Source of the DNA: Candidatus Woesebacteria bacterium
Lineage (GTDB): Bacteria; Patescibacteriota; Microgenomatia; UBA1400; PJMF01
Direction: 5' to 3'
Length of the DNA: 64,000 nucleotides
Assembly: GCA_050123235.1 (NCBI GenBank)
Contig: JASFHL010000005.1
Coordinates: forward strand, 30,695-94,694
Both the position numbers and the translations under genes were made by a program. The notes below the pieces were generated by a model, which saw only the letters and a list, made by a program, of their open reading frames with translations, searched no databases and was not told the DNA's origin. Every line of letters starts with the position of its first letter. Within the stretch, counting starts at the first letter, position 1. Shown piece after piece: positions 21,107-30,625 of this stretch.

Positions 21107-22051
21107 ATGCAAAACAATTTAACAAAATACGCACCAATGAATCCAACTTTTACAGTTGATGAAGTTGAGGCAACTACCACTAAAGCTAGATTGGTCTTTG
21201 AACCCTTGGAAAAGGGTTATGGACACACTCTAGGTAATGCTTTAAGAAGAGTATTACTGAATTCTTTAGCTGGGGCAGCTGTAGTTTTTGTAAAGATCTT
21301 TGGGATTGATCATCAGTTCTCTACTCTAGAAGGCATGACTGAAGATGTGATTAATTTAATTTTAAATATTAAACAAATTAGAATCAAAGCTGATTCTGAT
21401 GATGAAGGTGTGCTGAGATTGAACGTAACTGGAGCTAAAGAAGTGACAGCAGCTGATATTGAATGTCAAGCAGGCTTTGAAATAGTTAATCCAGATCTTA
21501 AAATCGCCACTTTAGCCAAAGGAAAAAAACTAGAGCTTGAAATGATTGTTAAGTCGGGTATGGGTTATCTTCCAGCTGAAGAGTCAAAGACTAATGTTTT
21601 AGGTCAAATTCCAGTAGATGCTATGTTCAGCCCAGTTGTAAGAGTTACTTATAAAGTTGAAGCTACTCGTGTTGGACGTAAAACAGACTATGATCGTTTG
21701 GTCATGGACATTGATACAGACGGCACTATTACTCCCTTTGCTGCTGTTAAACAGGCTGCTCAAATTTTATCTAAGCAATTTGAGCAGATTGTTAATCCAG
21801 TTATCATTGAGGAAGAAGAGGAGAAAGTTCAATTGACTCCTGAAGAAGCAGAGACTCTTAAATTAACAGTTGAAGAATTGGATTTACCAACCAGGATAGC
21901 TAATGCCTTAAGAAAAGGTGGTTTTGCTACAGTTGGTGATTTAGTAGGTGTTTCAAAATCTACCGTGGCTAAAGTTAAAAACTTAGGTGCCAAGAGTGTC
22001 AATATTATCAATGATGCTTTAAAGAAAAAAGGAGTCAGTTTAGAAGATTAA
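21107..22051 (+). CDS. rpoA: RNA polymerase alpha subunit
   Basis: EPLEKGYGHTLGNALRRVLL, VDAMFSPV, alpha-CTD KNLGAKS. Confidence 0.98.
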   Translation: MQNNLTKYAPMNPTFTVDEVEATTTKARLVFEPLEKGYGHTLGNALRRVLLNSLAGAAVVFVKIFGIDHQFSTLEGMTEDVINLILNIKQIRIKADSDDEGVLRLNVTGAKEVTAADIECQAGFEIVNPDLKIATLAKGKKLELEMIVKSGMGYLPAEESKTNVLGQIPVDAMFSPVVRVTYKVEATRVGRKTDYDRLVMDIDTDGTITPFAAVKQAAQILSKQFEQIVNPVIIEEEEEKVQLTPEEAETLKLTVEELDLPTRIANALRKGGFATVGDLVGVSKSTVAKVKNLGAKSVNIINDALKKKGVSLED

Positions 22052-22054
22052 TCT

Positions 22055-22558
22055 ATGAGACACAGAGTAAAAAAACGCCATTTTAATCGTAATACCAATC
22101 AGCGTAAAGCTTTATTGAGAAACCTATTAATCTCTTTATTTAAAGAAGGACAGATTGTTACTACTAAGAGTAAAGCTAAAGAAAGCAAGCGTTTGGCTGA
22201 TAAATTGATTTATAGAGCTAGTAAGGCCAATCTTAATGATCGTAGAATTTTACATCGATTCTTTGCTAGAAGAGATGTAGTTAATACACTGGTAGACAGG
22301 ATTGCTCCAACAATGAAAGATAGGGTCTCTGGTTTTACTAGCATTAAAGTACAAGGAAAAAGAAGAGGTGATAACAGTGAGATGGTTAAATTGGAGTTGC
22401 TAAAAAAACCAGCAAGATTAAAAAGTTTAAAGAGTGGCAAAGATCATAGTAAAGCTAAGCCTAGAAGAAAGGCTGCAAAAGCTAAATCAGTTACAAAGAA
22501 AGCAGCCAAATCAAAAAAAACTGTTAAAAAAACTAAGCAAGTCAAAGCTAAGAAGTAA
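22055..22558 (+). CDS. rplQ: 50S ribosomal protein L17 with basic tail
   Basis: MRHR, TTKSKAKE, RRGDNS. Confidence 0.97.
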   Translation: MRHRVKKRHFNRNTNQRKALLRNLLISLFKEGQIVTTKSKAKESKRLADKLIYRASKANLNDRRILHRFFARRDVVNTLVDRIAPTMKDRVSGFTSIKVQGKRRGDNSEMVKLELLKKPARLKSLKSGKDHSKAKPRRKAAKAKSVTKKAAKSKKTVKKTKQVKAKK

Positions 22559-22566
22559 ATCAAGCT

Positions 22567-22992
22567 ATGAAAAATCAAAAAACTTTTGTACAACGCAAGG
22601 AAGATATCAAGAGAAAATGGCATTTAGTAGATGTTAAAGATAGGATTTTGGGTAAGGTAGCAACAGAGATAGCTAGTAAATTAATTGGTAAGCAAAAAGC
22701 TACTTATACCCCCCATCTTGATGGAGGTGATTATGTAGTGCTTATCAATGCTGCTGAAGTTAAATTGAGCCGAAATAAGGCTGATAAAAAGGTTTATTCA
22801 TGGCACACTGGTTTTCCTGGAGGTTTAAAAGAAATGCTGTTTAGCAAAATGATTGTTAGAAAGCCAGAGGAAGTAATTCGCAGAGCAGTGATAAATATGT
22901 TACCTAAAAATAGGCTAAGGAAAAACAGAATGGCAAGATTAAAGATTTACCCTGGTAGTGAACATAAACATCATAGTCAGTTCAAAAATTAA
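22567..22992 (+). CDS. rplM: 50S ribosomal protein L13
   Basis: WHLVD, YTPHLDGGDYV, HTGFPGGLK, MLPKN. Confidence 0.98.
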   Translation: MKNQKTFVQRKEDIKRKWHLVDVKDRILGKVATEIASKLIGKQKATYTPHLDGGDYVVLINAAEVKLSRNKADKKVYSWHTGFPGGLKEMLFSKMIVRKPEEVIRRAVINMLPKNRLRKNRMARLKIYPGSEHKHHSQFKN

Positions 22993-23009
22993 TAAGTTAA
23001 GAAATAACT

Positions 23010-23531
23010 ATGGCAATAAAATTGAAGAAAAAGCAGACCAGAGCACAAAAAATAGTTAAAAAGAGACGAACTAGTAGTAAACGGGCTGCTATTCAAAATC
23101 AGCCAGACCAAGCTAAGAAAAATTTCAAAATCCCATCAGTGAAATATATTGAAGCTATTGGCAGAAGAAAAGTAGCTACTGCTAGAGTTAGAATTTATGA
23201 GGGTCAAGGAGATTATCTTGTTAATGATCAACTAGTTAGCGATTATTTTTCATCTGTTCCCAACGCTCCTTTATTCTATAATTTTCCATTTGATTTAAGT
23301 AAAACAAGAGGCAAATTTGCTGTGACAGTCAAAGTTAATGGCTCAGGTATCAGAGCGCAACTGGATGCTGTAGTTCATGGTTTATCTAGGGCTTTGGTTA
23401 AATATAATCCAGAATTTAGAGTCTTTTTGAAAAAGGGAGGTTTGCTTACCCGCGATGACAGAATGAAGGAAACTAGAAAAGTTGGTCGAGGTGGTAAAGC
23501 TAGAAGAAAGAGACAATCTCCAAAGAGGTAA
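23010..23531 (+). CDS. rpsI: 30S ribosomal protein S9 with basic N-terminal extension
   Basis: GRRKVATARV, LLTRDDR, ARRKRQSPKR. Confidence 0.97.
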   Translation: MAIKLKKKQTRAQKIVKKRRTSSKRAAIQNQPDQAKKNFKIPSVKYIEAIGRRKVATARVRIYEGQGDYLVNDQLVSDYFSSVPNAPLFYNFPFDLSKTRGKFAVTVKVNGSGIRAQLDAVVHGLSRALVKYNPEFRVFLKKGGLLTRDDRMKETRKVGRGGKARRKRQSPKR

Positions 23532-23551
23532 TAATTTATCTGTAGTAAATT
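23531..23551 (+). repeat. Left direct repeat flanking the ABC module (contains the 17-bp site)
   Basis: ATAATTTATCTGTAGTAAATT; 19/21 identical to 26172-26192; core 23534-23550 identical to the element terminus. Confidence 0.7.
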
Positions 23552-23567
23552 TAAGCTAAGTTTTTTT

Positions 23568-24365
23568 TTAGCTCCCCACACTTGAATATTTTTTCAAGCT
23601 CCATTTCCAAGCCAACAGACTAAAGCTAAAAAAGCCAATACCAATCAAAGTACTTGCAATCAAACTTCGGCTGGTATTAAGATTCATCAAGACTTGTGCA
23701 GGGACAGTAATCATGATGCCAATAGGTATTAAAGAGAAAAGTAAATCACGAATAGGTTTGAGATAAATGTCAACCGGCAAGCGACCAAATAAGGTCAAAT
23801 CTCGATAAACCATAATAGCATTATCTACTTCTGTAGTGACTACCCCTAAGCATAAAACCAAAATATGAAAAGCTAGGACTATCAAAAAACTATTGATTAA
23901 GAGTAGAAAATAGCCTAAAGTTGAGACTAAACTGATTTTGACATCAAGTTGGCTTAAGATTAATAAACTAATAATGCTAATAGGAATCAAAAAAATGACA
24001 TCATTGATATCAGGTTTAGCAAAAAGTGAACGCAAAAGAGGATTAACTGGTTGACTTAGATAAAGATCAAATTTTCCATAAAGCACTTTTTCACGAAATA
24101 CATAAACTCCTCTTAAAAAAATTTGTGCTATCAAATCAACTAAATTAAAAGTCAAAAAAAAGACAATCAGTTGATCAGTTGTATAAGTAGCAAACTCTCT
24201 TGTTTGCTTCTTGATGATGAGTAAAAATAAAAGCATCATGCCAAAACGAAAAATCTTGCCAATCAAAAACAGCAAATTAGACCAGCGGTTGATAAAAGTT
24301 AGCTGTAGTTCATTGCTAGCTAAGATTCTCCAAACTTTACAGTGTTTTTTTAATTCTTTTAGCAT
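23568..24365 (-). CDS. ABC-2 family permease (DUF990-like)
   Basis: About 6 TM helices, G.FD..L.QPVNPL motif; operon with ABC ATPase. Confidence 0.85.
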   Translation of the reverse strand: MLKELKKHCKVWRILASNELQLTFINRWSNLLFLIGKIFRFGMMLLFLLIIKKQTREFATYTTDQLIVFFLTFNLVDLIAQIFLRGVYVFREKVLYGKFDLYLSQPVNPLLRSLFAKPDINDVIFLIPISIISLLILSQLDVKISLVSTLGYFLLLINSFLIVLAFHILVLCLGVVTTEVDNAIMVYRDLTLFGRLPVDIYLKPIRDLLFSLIPIGIMITVPAQVLMNLNTSRSLIASTLIGIGFFSFSLLAWKWSLKKYSSVGS

Positions 24366-24388
24366 TAGTTTAAAGACTGGTAGTTATT

Positions 24389-25180
24389 TTATTGCCCCAC
24401 GGCACTGTAATTTTTCATTCCTTTTTGCCAAATGATTTTTAAAAATATTGTTAAGACTATTACCCAAATTGAGCCGATTAGGACCTTTGATAGGCTTTGA
24501 TTAAAACTAAATCTTTCCAAAAAAATTTGTGTTTGTACAAAAGTCAGATAAGGAAAAGGAGTAAGATAAATAATTTTTTGCAGCAGTGAAGGAAGAACAT
24601 CTAAGGGAAAAAGTCTACCAGAAGTAAATTGAATGATCATGAAAAATAAAAACCTTGGTGCCCAAGTTTCTGGACTCCAAAAGCCTATGCTGCCAAATAA
24701 AAGCATAATGATAAATAAAGTGATGAATCCAAGCAAAATTGAAATAATAAAAAAGAGAAGACTGCTAAGATTAGGCCAGTAGAATTGAGGCTGAAAAATG
24801 AGATAAAGTAATGAAAGTTCGATAATAGCGAAAAAAATATTTTTGGCCTTATCTGCCAAGTCTTGACTTAATAAAAAAGCAAAAATATTAACTGGCCTGA
24901 TTAATAAATAAGAAATTCTACCATTATAAATATTAGTTGCAAGATCTTGTATTGCACTCGAAAGGATCAAGCTTTGTAAAATGCTAGTTAAAAAAATATA
25001 ACTGAGCATATCTTCAGCTTGATAATGAAAAAACTGTTGCTGTTTTGTAAAAACGACTAACCAAAGTGAGATAGAAATGAGTGAAGTTAAGAACATTCTA
25101 AAACGCCACATCAAGGTATTTAAACGATAAACTAATGTACTTTGCCATGAAATTCTAAGTATAGTTAAATATTTATTCAT
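24389..25180 (-). CDS. ABC-2 family permease (DUF990-like)
   Basis: IYNGRISYLLIRPVN, SGRLFPLDVLP; hydrophobic. Confidence 0.85.
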   Translation of the reverse strand: MNKYLTILRISWQSTLVYRLNTLMWRFRMFLTSLISISLWLVVFTKQQQFFHYQAEDMLSYIFLTSILQSLILSSAIQDLATNIYNGRISYLLIRPVNIFAFLLSQDLADKAKNIFFAIIELSLLYLIFQPQFYWPNLSSLLFFIISILLGFITLFIIMLLFGSIGFWSPETWAPRFLFFMIIQFTSGRLFPLDVLPSLLQKIIYLTPFPYLTFVQTQIFLERFSFNQSLSKVLIGSIWVIVLTIFLKIIWQKGMKNYSAVGQ

Positions 25181-26160
25181 TGTTTCTTTTGGGCAAAAAC
25201 TTCCCTGATAATAGCTTCAATTGGAGCTTCTTCGATATTGAGATCATGAATTGATAATTCATTAAGCATTTTAGAAGCCATTGCAGTAGCTTTTTCTCTT
25301 GGCACAAGGATGGTGATTTTAGGAAATTCAAAGTCTTTTATTTGCCCAAATTTAGCTAGTTTTTCTTTTGGAGTTTCTCGACTAAGTAGCAAAGAGATAA
25401 TCTTGTTTCTAGCAAATTTGTGAATAATATCTTGCAATTTCCCATCAAACATTTTTTTCCCTTGATCTATAATAATTGCTCTAGGGCATAATTCTTTGAC
25501 ATCATCCATGTAGTGACTGGTTAAGATCACTGTAGTTTCAAATTCGCGATTATAATCTTTGATAAAATCACGCAAGGTTTTTTGCATTAATACGTCCAAA
25601 CCAATGCTAGGTTCATCCAAGAACAAAACTTTGGGGCTGTGCAGTAGAGCAGCGATCAGCTCGCATTTCATGCGCTGCCCAAGTGATAATTTTCTAACTT
25701 GGATATTAAGAAGATCAGCAACATCAAGTATTTCTACCAATTTTTTTAGTGTTTTCTTGTATTTTTGATCGCTGATTTCATAGATAGCTTTATTGAGTTC
25801 AAAGCTCTCAATAGCAGGCAAATCCCACCAAAGTTGGTTTTTTTGTCCCATGATTAAAGCAAATTGCTTTTGAAATTCGGTTTTTCTATCCCAAGGATTG
25901 AAACCTAAGACTCGTACTTGCCCTTCAGTTGGGTAAAGCAAACCAGAAAGAATTTTTAAAGTTGTAGTTTTTCCTGCTCCATTTTTACCAATAAAACCAA
26001 CAATTTCTCCGCTATCAATTGTGAAAGAGATATCATCAACCGCTTTGACAATCTCGTATTCTCTATGCCAAAGAGATTTAATTGATCCAGTCAGGCCGGC
26101 TTCTTTACGGTAAACCTTAAAATATTTTTTTAGTTGATCAACTTGAATAACGGGTGGCAT
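25177..26160 (-). CDS. ABC transporter ATP-binding protein
   Basis: Walker A GKNGAGKTT, signature LSLGQRM, Walker B FLDEP. Confidence 0.95.
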   Translation of the reverse strand: MPPVIQVDQLKKYFKVYRKEAGLTGSIKSLWHREYEIVKAVDDISFTIDSGEIVGFIGKNGAGKTTTLKILSGLLYPTEGQVRVLGFNPWDRKTEFQKQFALIMGQKNQLWWDLPAIESFELNKAIYEISDQKYKKTLKKLVEILDVADLLNIQVRKLSLGQRMKCELIAALLHSPKVLFLDEPSIGLDVLMQKTLRDFIKDYNREFETTVILTSHYMDDVKELCPRAIIIDQGKKMFDGKLQDIIHKFARNKIISLLLSRETPKEKLAKFGQIKDFEFPKITILVPREKATAMASKMLNELSIHDLNIEEAPIEAIIREVFAQKKQ

Positions 26161-26171
26161 AAGGATAAATT

Positions 26172-26192
26172 ATAATTCATCTATAGTAAATT
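26172..26192 (+). repeat. Right direct repeat flanking the ABC module
   Basis: ATAATTCATCTATAGTAAATT; 19/21 identical to 23531-23551. Confidence 0.65.
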
Positions 26193-26265
26193 GTAGATAC
26201 CTTATTATTTACTTACTATTCTTTAAAATGAGACCCTTGAACTGAATTTATTTGGAGTGCTATCT

Positions 26266-26547
26266 TTACCAAACCGCTCTTTTAAGAGGTTTACCAACTC
26301 TGAAGTTGACCACACGATGACCTTTGACAATCATCCTTTTACCTTTGTTACCAAATGGTTCAACAGCCTTATCTTCTACTCTGTTGACATAAAAAGTACC
26401 AAAGCCAGAAATGACTACCTTATCGCCTTTTTTTAACGCTCTGGTTATTTCTTCAAAAACTGCTTCAACAGCTTCATTAGCTGCTTTTTTTGTAAGATGT
26501 GCTTTTTTGGCTACAACATTAATTAGTTGTGACTTAGTCATGTGCAA
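26266..26547 (-). CDS. hup: HU family DNA-binding protein
   Basis: MTKSQLI, GDKVVISGFGTF, F.VGK.LK. Confidence 0.92.
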   Translation of the reverse strand: MHMTKSQLINVVAKKAHLTKKAANEAVEAVFEEITRALKKGDKVVISGFGTFYVNRVEDKAVEPFGNKGKRMIVKGHRVVNFRVGKPLKRAVW

Positions 26548-26631
26548 CTCCTTCTGTTTTTTTAAATTACAATTATTAAATTTTTATTAACTTTTTTTTG
26601 GTGTCATTAGTGTAATAGTTTGATTTAACAA

Positions 26632-26658
26632 GTCAAGTGGTAATTAATACTACTTGAC
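26632..26658. other. Inverted repeat between vanZ-like gene and hup, overlapping a candidate hup -35 box
   Basis: GTCAAGTGGTA-ATTAA-TACTACTTGAC; minus strand has TTGACT-N16-TACACT at 26636-26609. Confidence 0.45.
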
Positions 26659-26668
26659 ATGAGTTATA

Positions 26669-27055
26669 TCATATATAATCCAATTTATTAAGCATAATAA
26701 TTGAACTACCAAGCATATCATAAGCTACATCTCTCAAGTTAGCTGTTCTTCCTGCTACTAGCGATTGATGAAATTCATCACTCAAGGCATAAAGGAAGCA
26801 AATGAATAGAGGCAGTAGATAAAGTTTAGGCTTGGACTCTTTAATCTTGATTTTAATTAATCCTTGAAATAAAAGTAAATATAAAATTGCATAAACAAAA
26901 ATATGTGCTAGTTTCTTAAAAAGAAAATCTAATAATGAAATACTAAAACCAGGTAAAATTTCTCTATTTGATAAAAAGAAAATTAACAATGCCCACAACA
27001 TGGAAGGTAGAAAAGCAGTTAAATAAGTTTTAGTTGATTGTAAAAAAACCTTCAT
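26669..27055 (-). CDS. VanZ-like membrane protein
   Basis: KLAHIFVYAIL, YALSDEFHQSLVAGR...DV..D. Confidence 0.88.
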   Translation of the reverse strand: MKVFLQSTKTYLTAFLPSMLWALLIFFLSNREILPGFSISLLDFLFKKLAHIFVYAILYLLLFQGLIKIKIKESKPKLYLLPLFICFLYALSDEFHQSLVAGRTANLRDVAYDMLGSSIIMLNKLDYI

Positions 27056-28421
27056 AAAGATTGATTAATGCAACAAATAAAAAAATGCTGCCTCCGATTA
27101 TAACACTGATAATATAAGTTTTTTTCTTAGTTTGCTTAGTAAAATAAAGTTTCCCAAAATGACTACTATAACTATTATTTTTTTTAAGATCAAGATTTAA
27201 TTTGCTAAGGTCAATTGAATAGCCAAGTGCTAGAGAGTTGAATTGCGATAATAAATTCTCATTTTTTTGAACAAATTGATTGACTAAACTCTGTTCCTTC
27301 AGAGGATTTGGATCTGAAAATAGTTCTTGATTCTGCTCTAAACTTAAATCATCAATCGTTATTTCTTCATCAGATTCTGAATCATTATTTATGCTAGGAG
27401 TAGGACTAAGATAAACATTAGGCGTACCTCTAGTAGTTTGGCTGCTTTCTAGCCATGAACCAGCAAAAAAAATATAACTATGGTCTTTATTACAATCAGC
27501 AAACTCAAAAAAATCTTCAACTTCTAGCTTGGGATCTTTTAGAATAACTTGATCGCCATCATTATTAAGTTTGTTATAGAGTTCAATGGTAAAAAAACTC
27601 AAGGCATTAATAATTTCATCGGAAAAGTTAAAAATTAAATTTTTTTCATCCCAGATTGACCACTGATTAAGAGCAATGGCTTGTTGGTTGGGGTTATAGA
27701 TTTCTATCCATTCTTTTCCTTCAGAGGGGCAAGCCATAATTTCAGAAAGTTGTAAATTAAAGGCAGGTGAAGGAGTGGAAGTAGCTGAGGGAGTGGGAAT
27801 ATTAGTTGGAGTTGGTAGAATAGAGGGGCTGGGACTTACTGTCAGGCTTGGATTCATTCCAGTTGGGCTTGCTTGGGGACTTGGGTTAGCTGAAGGACTG
27901 AGGGATGGTTCTGGGGTAGAGCTAATAGAAGTAGTTGGGCTAGGAGAATGATTCTCTTCTCCTGGAGTGGCTAAACTAAGCTGAAAATCACCTTCAGCAT
28001 TTGGAATACGGGCAAAACTATAGTTTTTCTGAGAATTTTGATAAGACATCTGATCGACTAGCTCATTATCCTGATTTTTTAAAATTACAGCATCTCCAGA
28101 GTTATTTAGTTTACTTGAAAGTGAAATTAGCAAATATTCTCCTGGAGAAATAGATTCTGAGTTAAAAGAGTAAATAATGGAAGGACTAGCAAGCTCATCC
28201 CACAAAGTCCAGCCCTGCAGTGACAGAGTCTCTAGAGGATCAGCACCCTCTTGCTCTGTTGGAAGATAGAGTTCAACCCACTCTTCCTGTCCTGAGTCGG
28301 GTTGAGGATATACTTCATTGATGACAAGTTGAGCTTGTACCAATATTGGGAAAAAAAATAAAAAAATCAGCAACAGAAACAAGATAATAATTAAGTCAGC
28401 AAGCTCGAAGTTTTTATTCAT
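27030..28421 (-). CDS. Surface protein with two lamin-tail domains, a Ser/Pro/Thr linker and a C-terminal TM helix
   Basis: Signal peptide; INEVYP..EWVELY and SEIMA..EWIEIYN; LNNSGD/LNNDGD; terminal hydrophobic helix. Confidence 0.8.
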   Translation of the reverse strand: MNKNFELADLIIILFLLLIFLFFFPILVQAQLVINEVYPQPDSGQEEWVELYLPTEQEGADPLETLSLQGWTLWDELASPSIIYSFNSESISPGEYLLISLSSKLNNSGDAVILKNQDNELVDQMSYQNSQKNYSFARIPNAEGDFQLSLATPGEENHSPSPTTSISSTPEPSLSPSANPSPQASPTGMNPSLTVSPSPSILPTPTNIPTPSATSTPSPAFNLQLSEIMACPSEGKEWIEIYNPNQQAIALNQWSIWDEKNLIFNFSDEIINALSFFTIELYNKLNNDGDQVILKDPKLEVEDFFEFADCNKDHSYIFFAGSWLESSQTTRGTPNVYLSPTPSINNDSESDEEITIDDLSLEQNQELFSDPNPLKEQSLVNQFVQKNENLLSQFNSLALGYSIDLSKLNLDLKKNNSYSSHFGKLYFTKQTKKKTYIISVIIGGSIFLFVALINLYEGFFTIN

Positions 28422-28610
28422 TAATCATAATTTATAGTGACTTGTTTACAAAAACTGTAACTTTGAGCAAAGTGGGTTATAATACTTGGAGTTAAAGACA
28501 AAATAGAGATATATTAGAGATGTTTTTTAAGATTTTGAGCGGACTGTTAAGGATAAATATATTGTCACTGATCATTTTGTTAGGATAAAGTTTTGAAGTG
28601 AATAGTTTTG

Positions 28611-28766
28611 AATTTACTATAGATAAATATTAGAGCGTTAAAGTGAGGTCTGGCTAAATTTATATTAGCGATGGATATACTACCGAGCTTTACCGAGTGA
28701 GCTTTGTATTTTAAAAGGAGCTATCAGATAGTAGCGAACGACTCTGATATTTATCTATAGTAAATT
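28611..28766 (+). repeat. 156-nt structured palindromic element, copy 2
   Basis: 25-bp terminal inverted repeat; 114/156 identical to copy 1 without gaps (manual count). Confidence 0.85.
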
Positions 28767-28824
28767 TGATACTGTTTTCTAGTTTTACAAAATAGTAAGT
28801 GAAGAATATATTTAACATTAATCA

Positions 28825-28912
28825 GGAAGCGTCGCATAGTGGCCAATTGCACAGGATTGCTAATCCTGAGCCCTTATGGGCTTCGTGGGTTCGAATCCCA
28901 CCGCTTCCGCCA
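28825..28912 (+). tRNA. tRNA-Ser(GCT)
   Basis: Acceptor GGAAGCG/CGCTTCC, anticodon arm CAGGA-TTGCTAA-TCCTG, long variable arm AGCCC-TTAT-GGGCT, T arm GTGGG-TTCGAAT-CCCAC, discriminator G, encoded CCA. Confidence 0.97.
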
Positions 28913-28954
28913 AACTGATAGAAATCTACACAAAATTACACTTGTTTTCTATTT

Positions 28955-28997
28955 TGGCGTGACTGTTGGCGTGAATGTGGCGTGAATATGTTATACT
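28955..28997 (+). promoter_or_regulatory. Three TGGCGTGA direct repeats plus an extended -10 upstream of fic
   Basis: Repeats at 28955, 28967 and 28978; TG-T-TATACT at 28989-28997. Confidence 0.6.
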
Positions 28998-29004
28998 AAA
29001 TAAT

Positions 29005-30057
29005 ATGTATAACCCTAAGTTCACAATTACCCCAGAAATCACTAATTGGATTGCGCAAATCGAGGCTATCAAGCAAAAAATTGATCGTTCAAAAATTTTA
29101 CCTGTTAGAGAAATTTCCCTGAGACACAGAGCTGCTATTGAATCTGCTCACAGTTCTACCAGCATTGAAGGCAATCCTCTCAATAGGAAACAGGTTGCGG
29201 CCGCCTTAGCAGGCAAAATGAATGCCTGGGAAAAAAAAGTGATCGAGGTGACTAATTACAAAAAAGCTTGGGATTGGATCTCAGAAAGAAGTCAAAAAAA
29301 ATCAGCAATTACTATCGCGGATATTTTAAAACTACATCGTTTTGTAGCTAGCAAACTCCTCCCAGAAAATAAAGTTGGTGCTTTCAGGCTAGGTCCTATC
29401 TATATTGTCGATATTATCAGAGGTGAAGATGTTGTCAGATATACAGGTCCAGATATATCGCAAATAAAAAGCTTATTACTAGAGTTGTTAGCCTGGGTTA
29501 AAAAACAAAAAAAGGTGCTTCATCCTGTGCTATTGGCGGGTATTATTCACTATGAATTTGTATCTATCCATCCATTTAGTGATGGCAATGGTAGAGTCAC
29601 TCGTTTATTAGTTAAACTCCTCCTTGATTTGTTAGACTATGACTTTCGAGGTTGTTTGGTTTTAGACATTTACTATTGGCAAAATACAAACCAGTACTAT
29701 CAGAACTTGAACCAAGCTGACAACTATTCGGATCAACGTAAAGCTGATTTAAGCAGTTGGCTCGCCTATTTCACTGAAGGTTTTTATTTAGTAAGCAAAG
29801 ATTTGGAACGAAAAATAAATTTAATCACTGCTAATCAGAATGACGAAACCATTACTTTAAATAATCAAGAAATGCAAATTCTTGACTTTGTTAATCAATT
29901 TGGACAAATAAATTTATCAGAAGCGCTAGGTATTTTACAAATACCAGAGAGAACCATACAAAGACGCTTAAAAAAATTGGTTGATAAAAATATCTTAGAA
30001 GTTGATGGAAAAGGAAAAAATACTATTTATAGATTGAATAAAATTGATCAAAGATAG
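29005..30057 (+). CDS. Fic family protein with N-terminal inhibitory motif and C-terminal HTH
   Basis: HPFSDGNGRVTR catalytic motif; STSIEGN inhibitory motif; IPERTIQRRLKKLV wHTH; ATG 29005 (MYNPKF) preferred. Confidence 0.92.
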   Translation: MYNPKFTITPEITNWIAQIEAIKQKIDRSKILPVREISLRHRAAIESAHSSTSIEGNPLNRKQVAAALAGKMNAWEKKVIEVTNYKKAWDWISERSQKKSAITIADILKLHRFVASKLLPENKVGAFRLGPIYIVDIIRGEDVVRYTGPDISQIKSLLLELLAWVKKQKKVLHPVLLAGIIHYEFVSIHPFSDGNGRVTRLLVKLLLDLLDYDFRGCLVLDIYYWQNTNQYYQNLNQADNYSDQRKADLSSWLAYFTEGFYLVSKDLERKINLITANQNDETITLNNQEMQILDFVNQFGQINLSEALGILQIPERTIQRRLKKLVDKNILEVDGKGKNTIYRLNKIDQR

Positions 30058-30120
30058 GCATTCAATACCTGTCCCGAAACCTGCGTTGCCTCAATTTAAA
30101 AATTAAAATACAATTAGTTT

Positions 30121-30500
30121 ATGTTAGATTCCTTTCCTCAAAAAGTTATCGAAAAATTTTATCAACTCATTTAACAGACAAAAGATTAAATCAACAAAAC
30201 GTCAGTGATTTGCTACTTAATTTACTACAGAAAGCTGAAATCCCATTTGGACTTTTTGGATATATTCTTAAGAAGAAATCCTTGGAGGTAATTAATGAGG
30301 TGCAAGATAAAGTTTTCCATCAATGGTGGGAGCCACCCATAGTCTTACCACATCTTATGTGCGCTCTGGAAGATACTATTGGCACATCAGTTTTAGAAGG
30401 TCAAGGTCGAATCAGTAAAGATAAGATTCAATGGTGCTTAGTTTATGGAGTCAAAGGCAGTGAGGAAAAAGAAAAAGCACAACAGTACAGCAGCAACTAA
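30121..30500 (+). pseudogene. Probable frameshifted hypothetical gene
   Basis: ATG 30121 frame stops after 17 codons; an overlapping frame (LTDKRLNQQNVSDLLLN...) continues to 30500. Confidence 0.35.
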
Positions 30501-30625
30501 GTTACAAACTTAGGCTATCCTAAATTAAAGTCAGCGGCTTCGCATTTTTCAATGATTTTCTATCTATCTTTTTTCTTTTTTTTTTGTTATCTTTATAATT
30601 AGTATCAATAACAAAAAGGCCTGCT

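Noticed and set aside
27770-27950. Repetitive DNA in the lamin-tail gene
   Set aside because: Explained by an ordinary Ser/Pro/Thr-rich protein linker.
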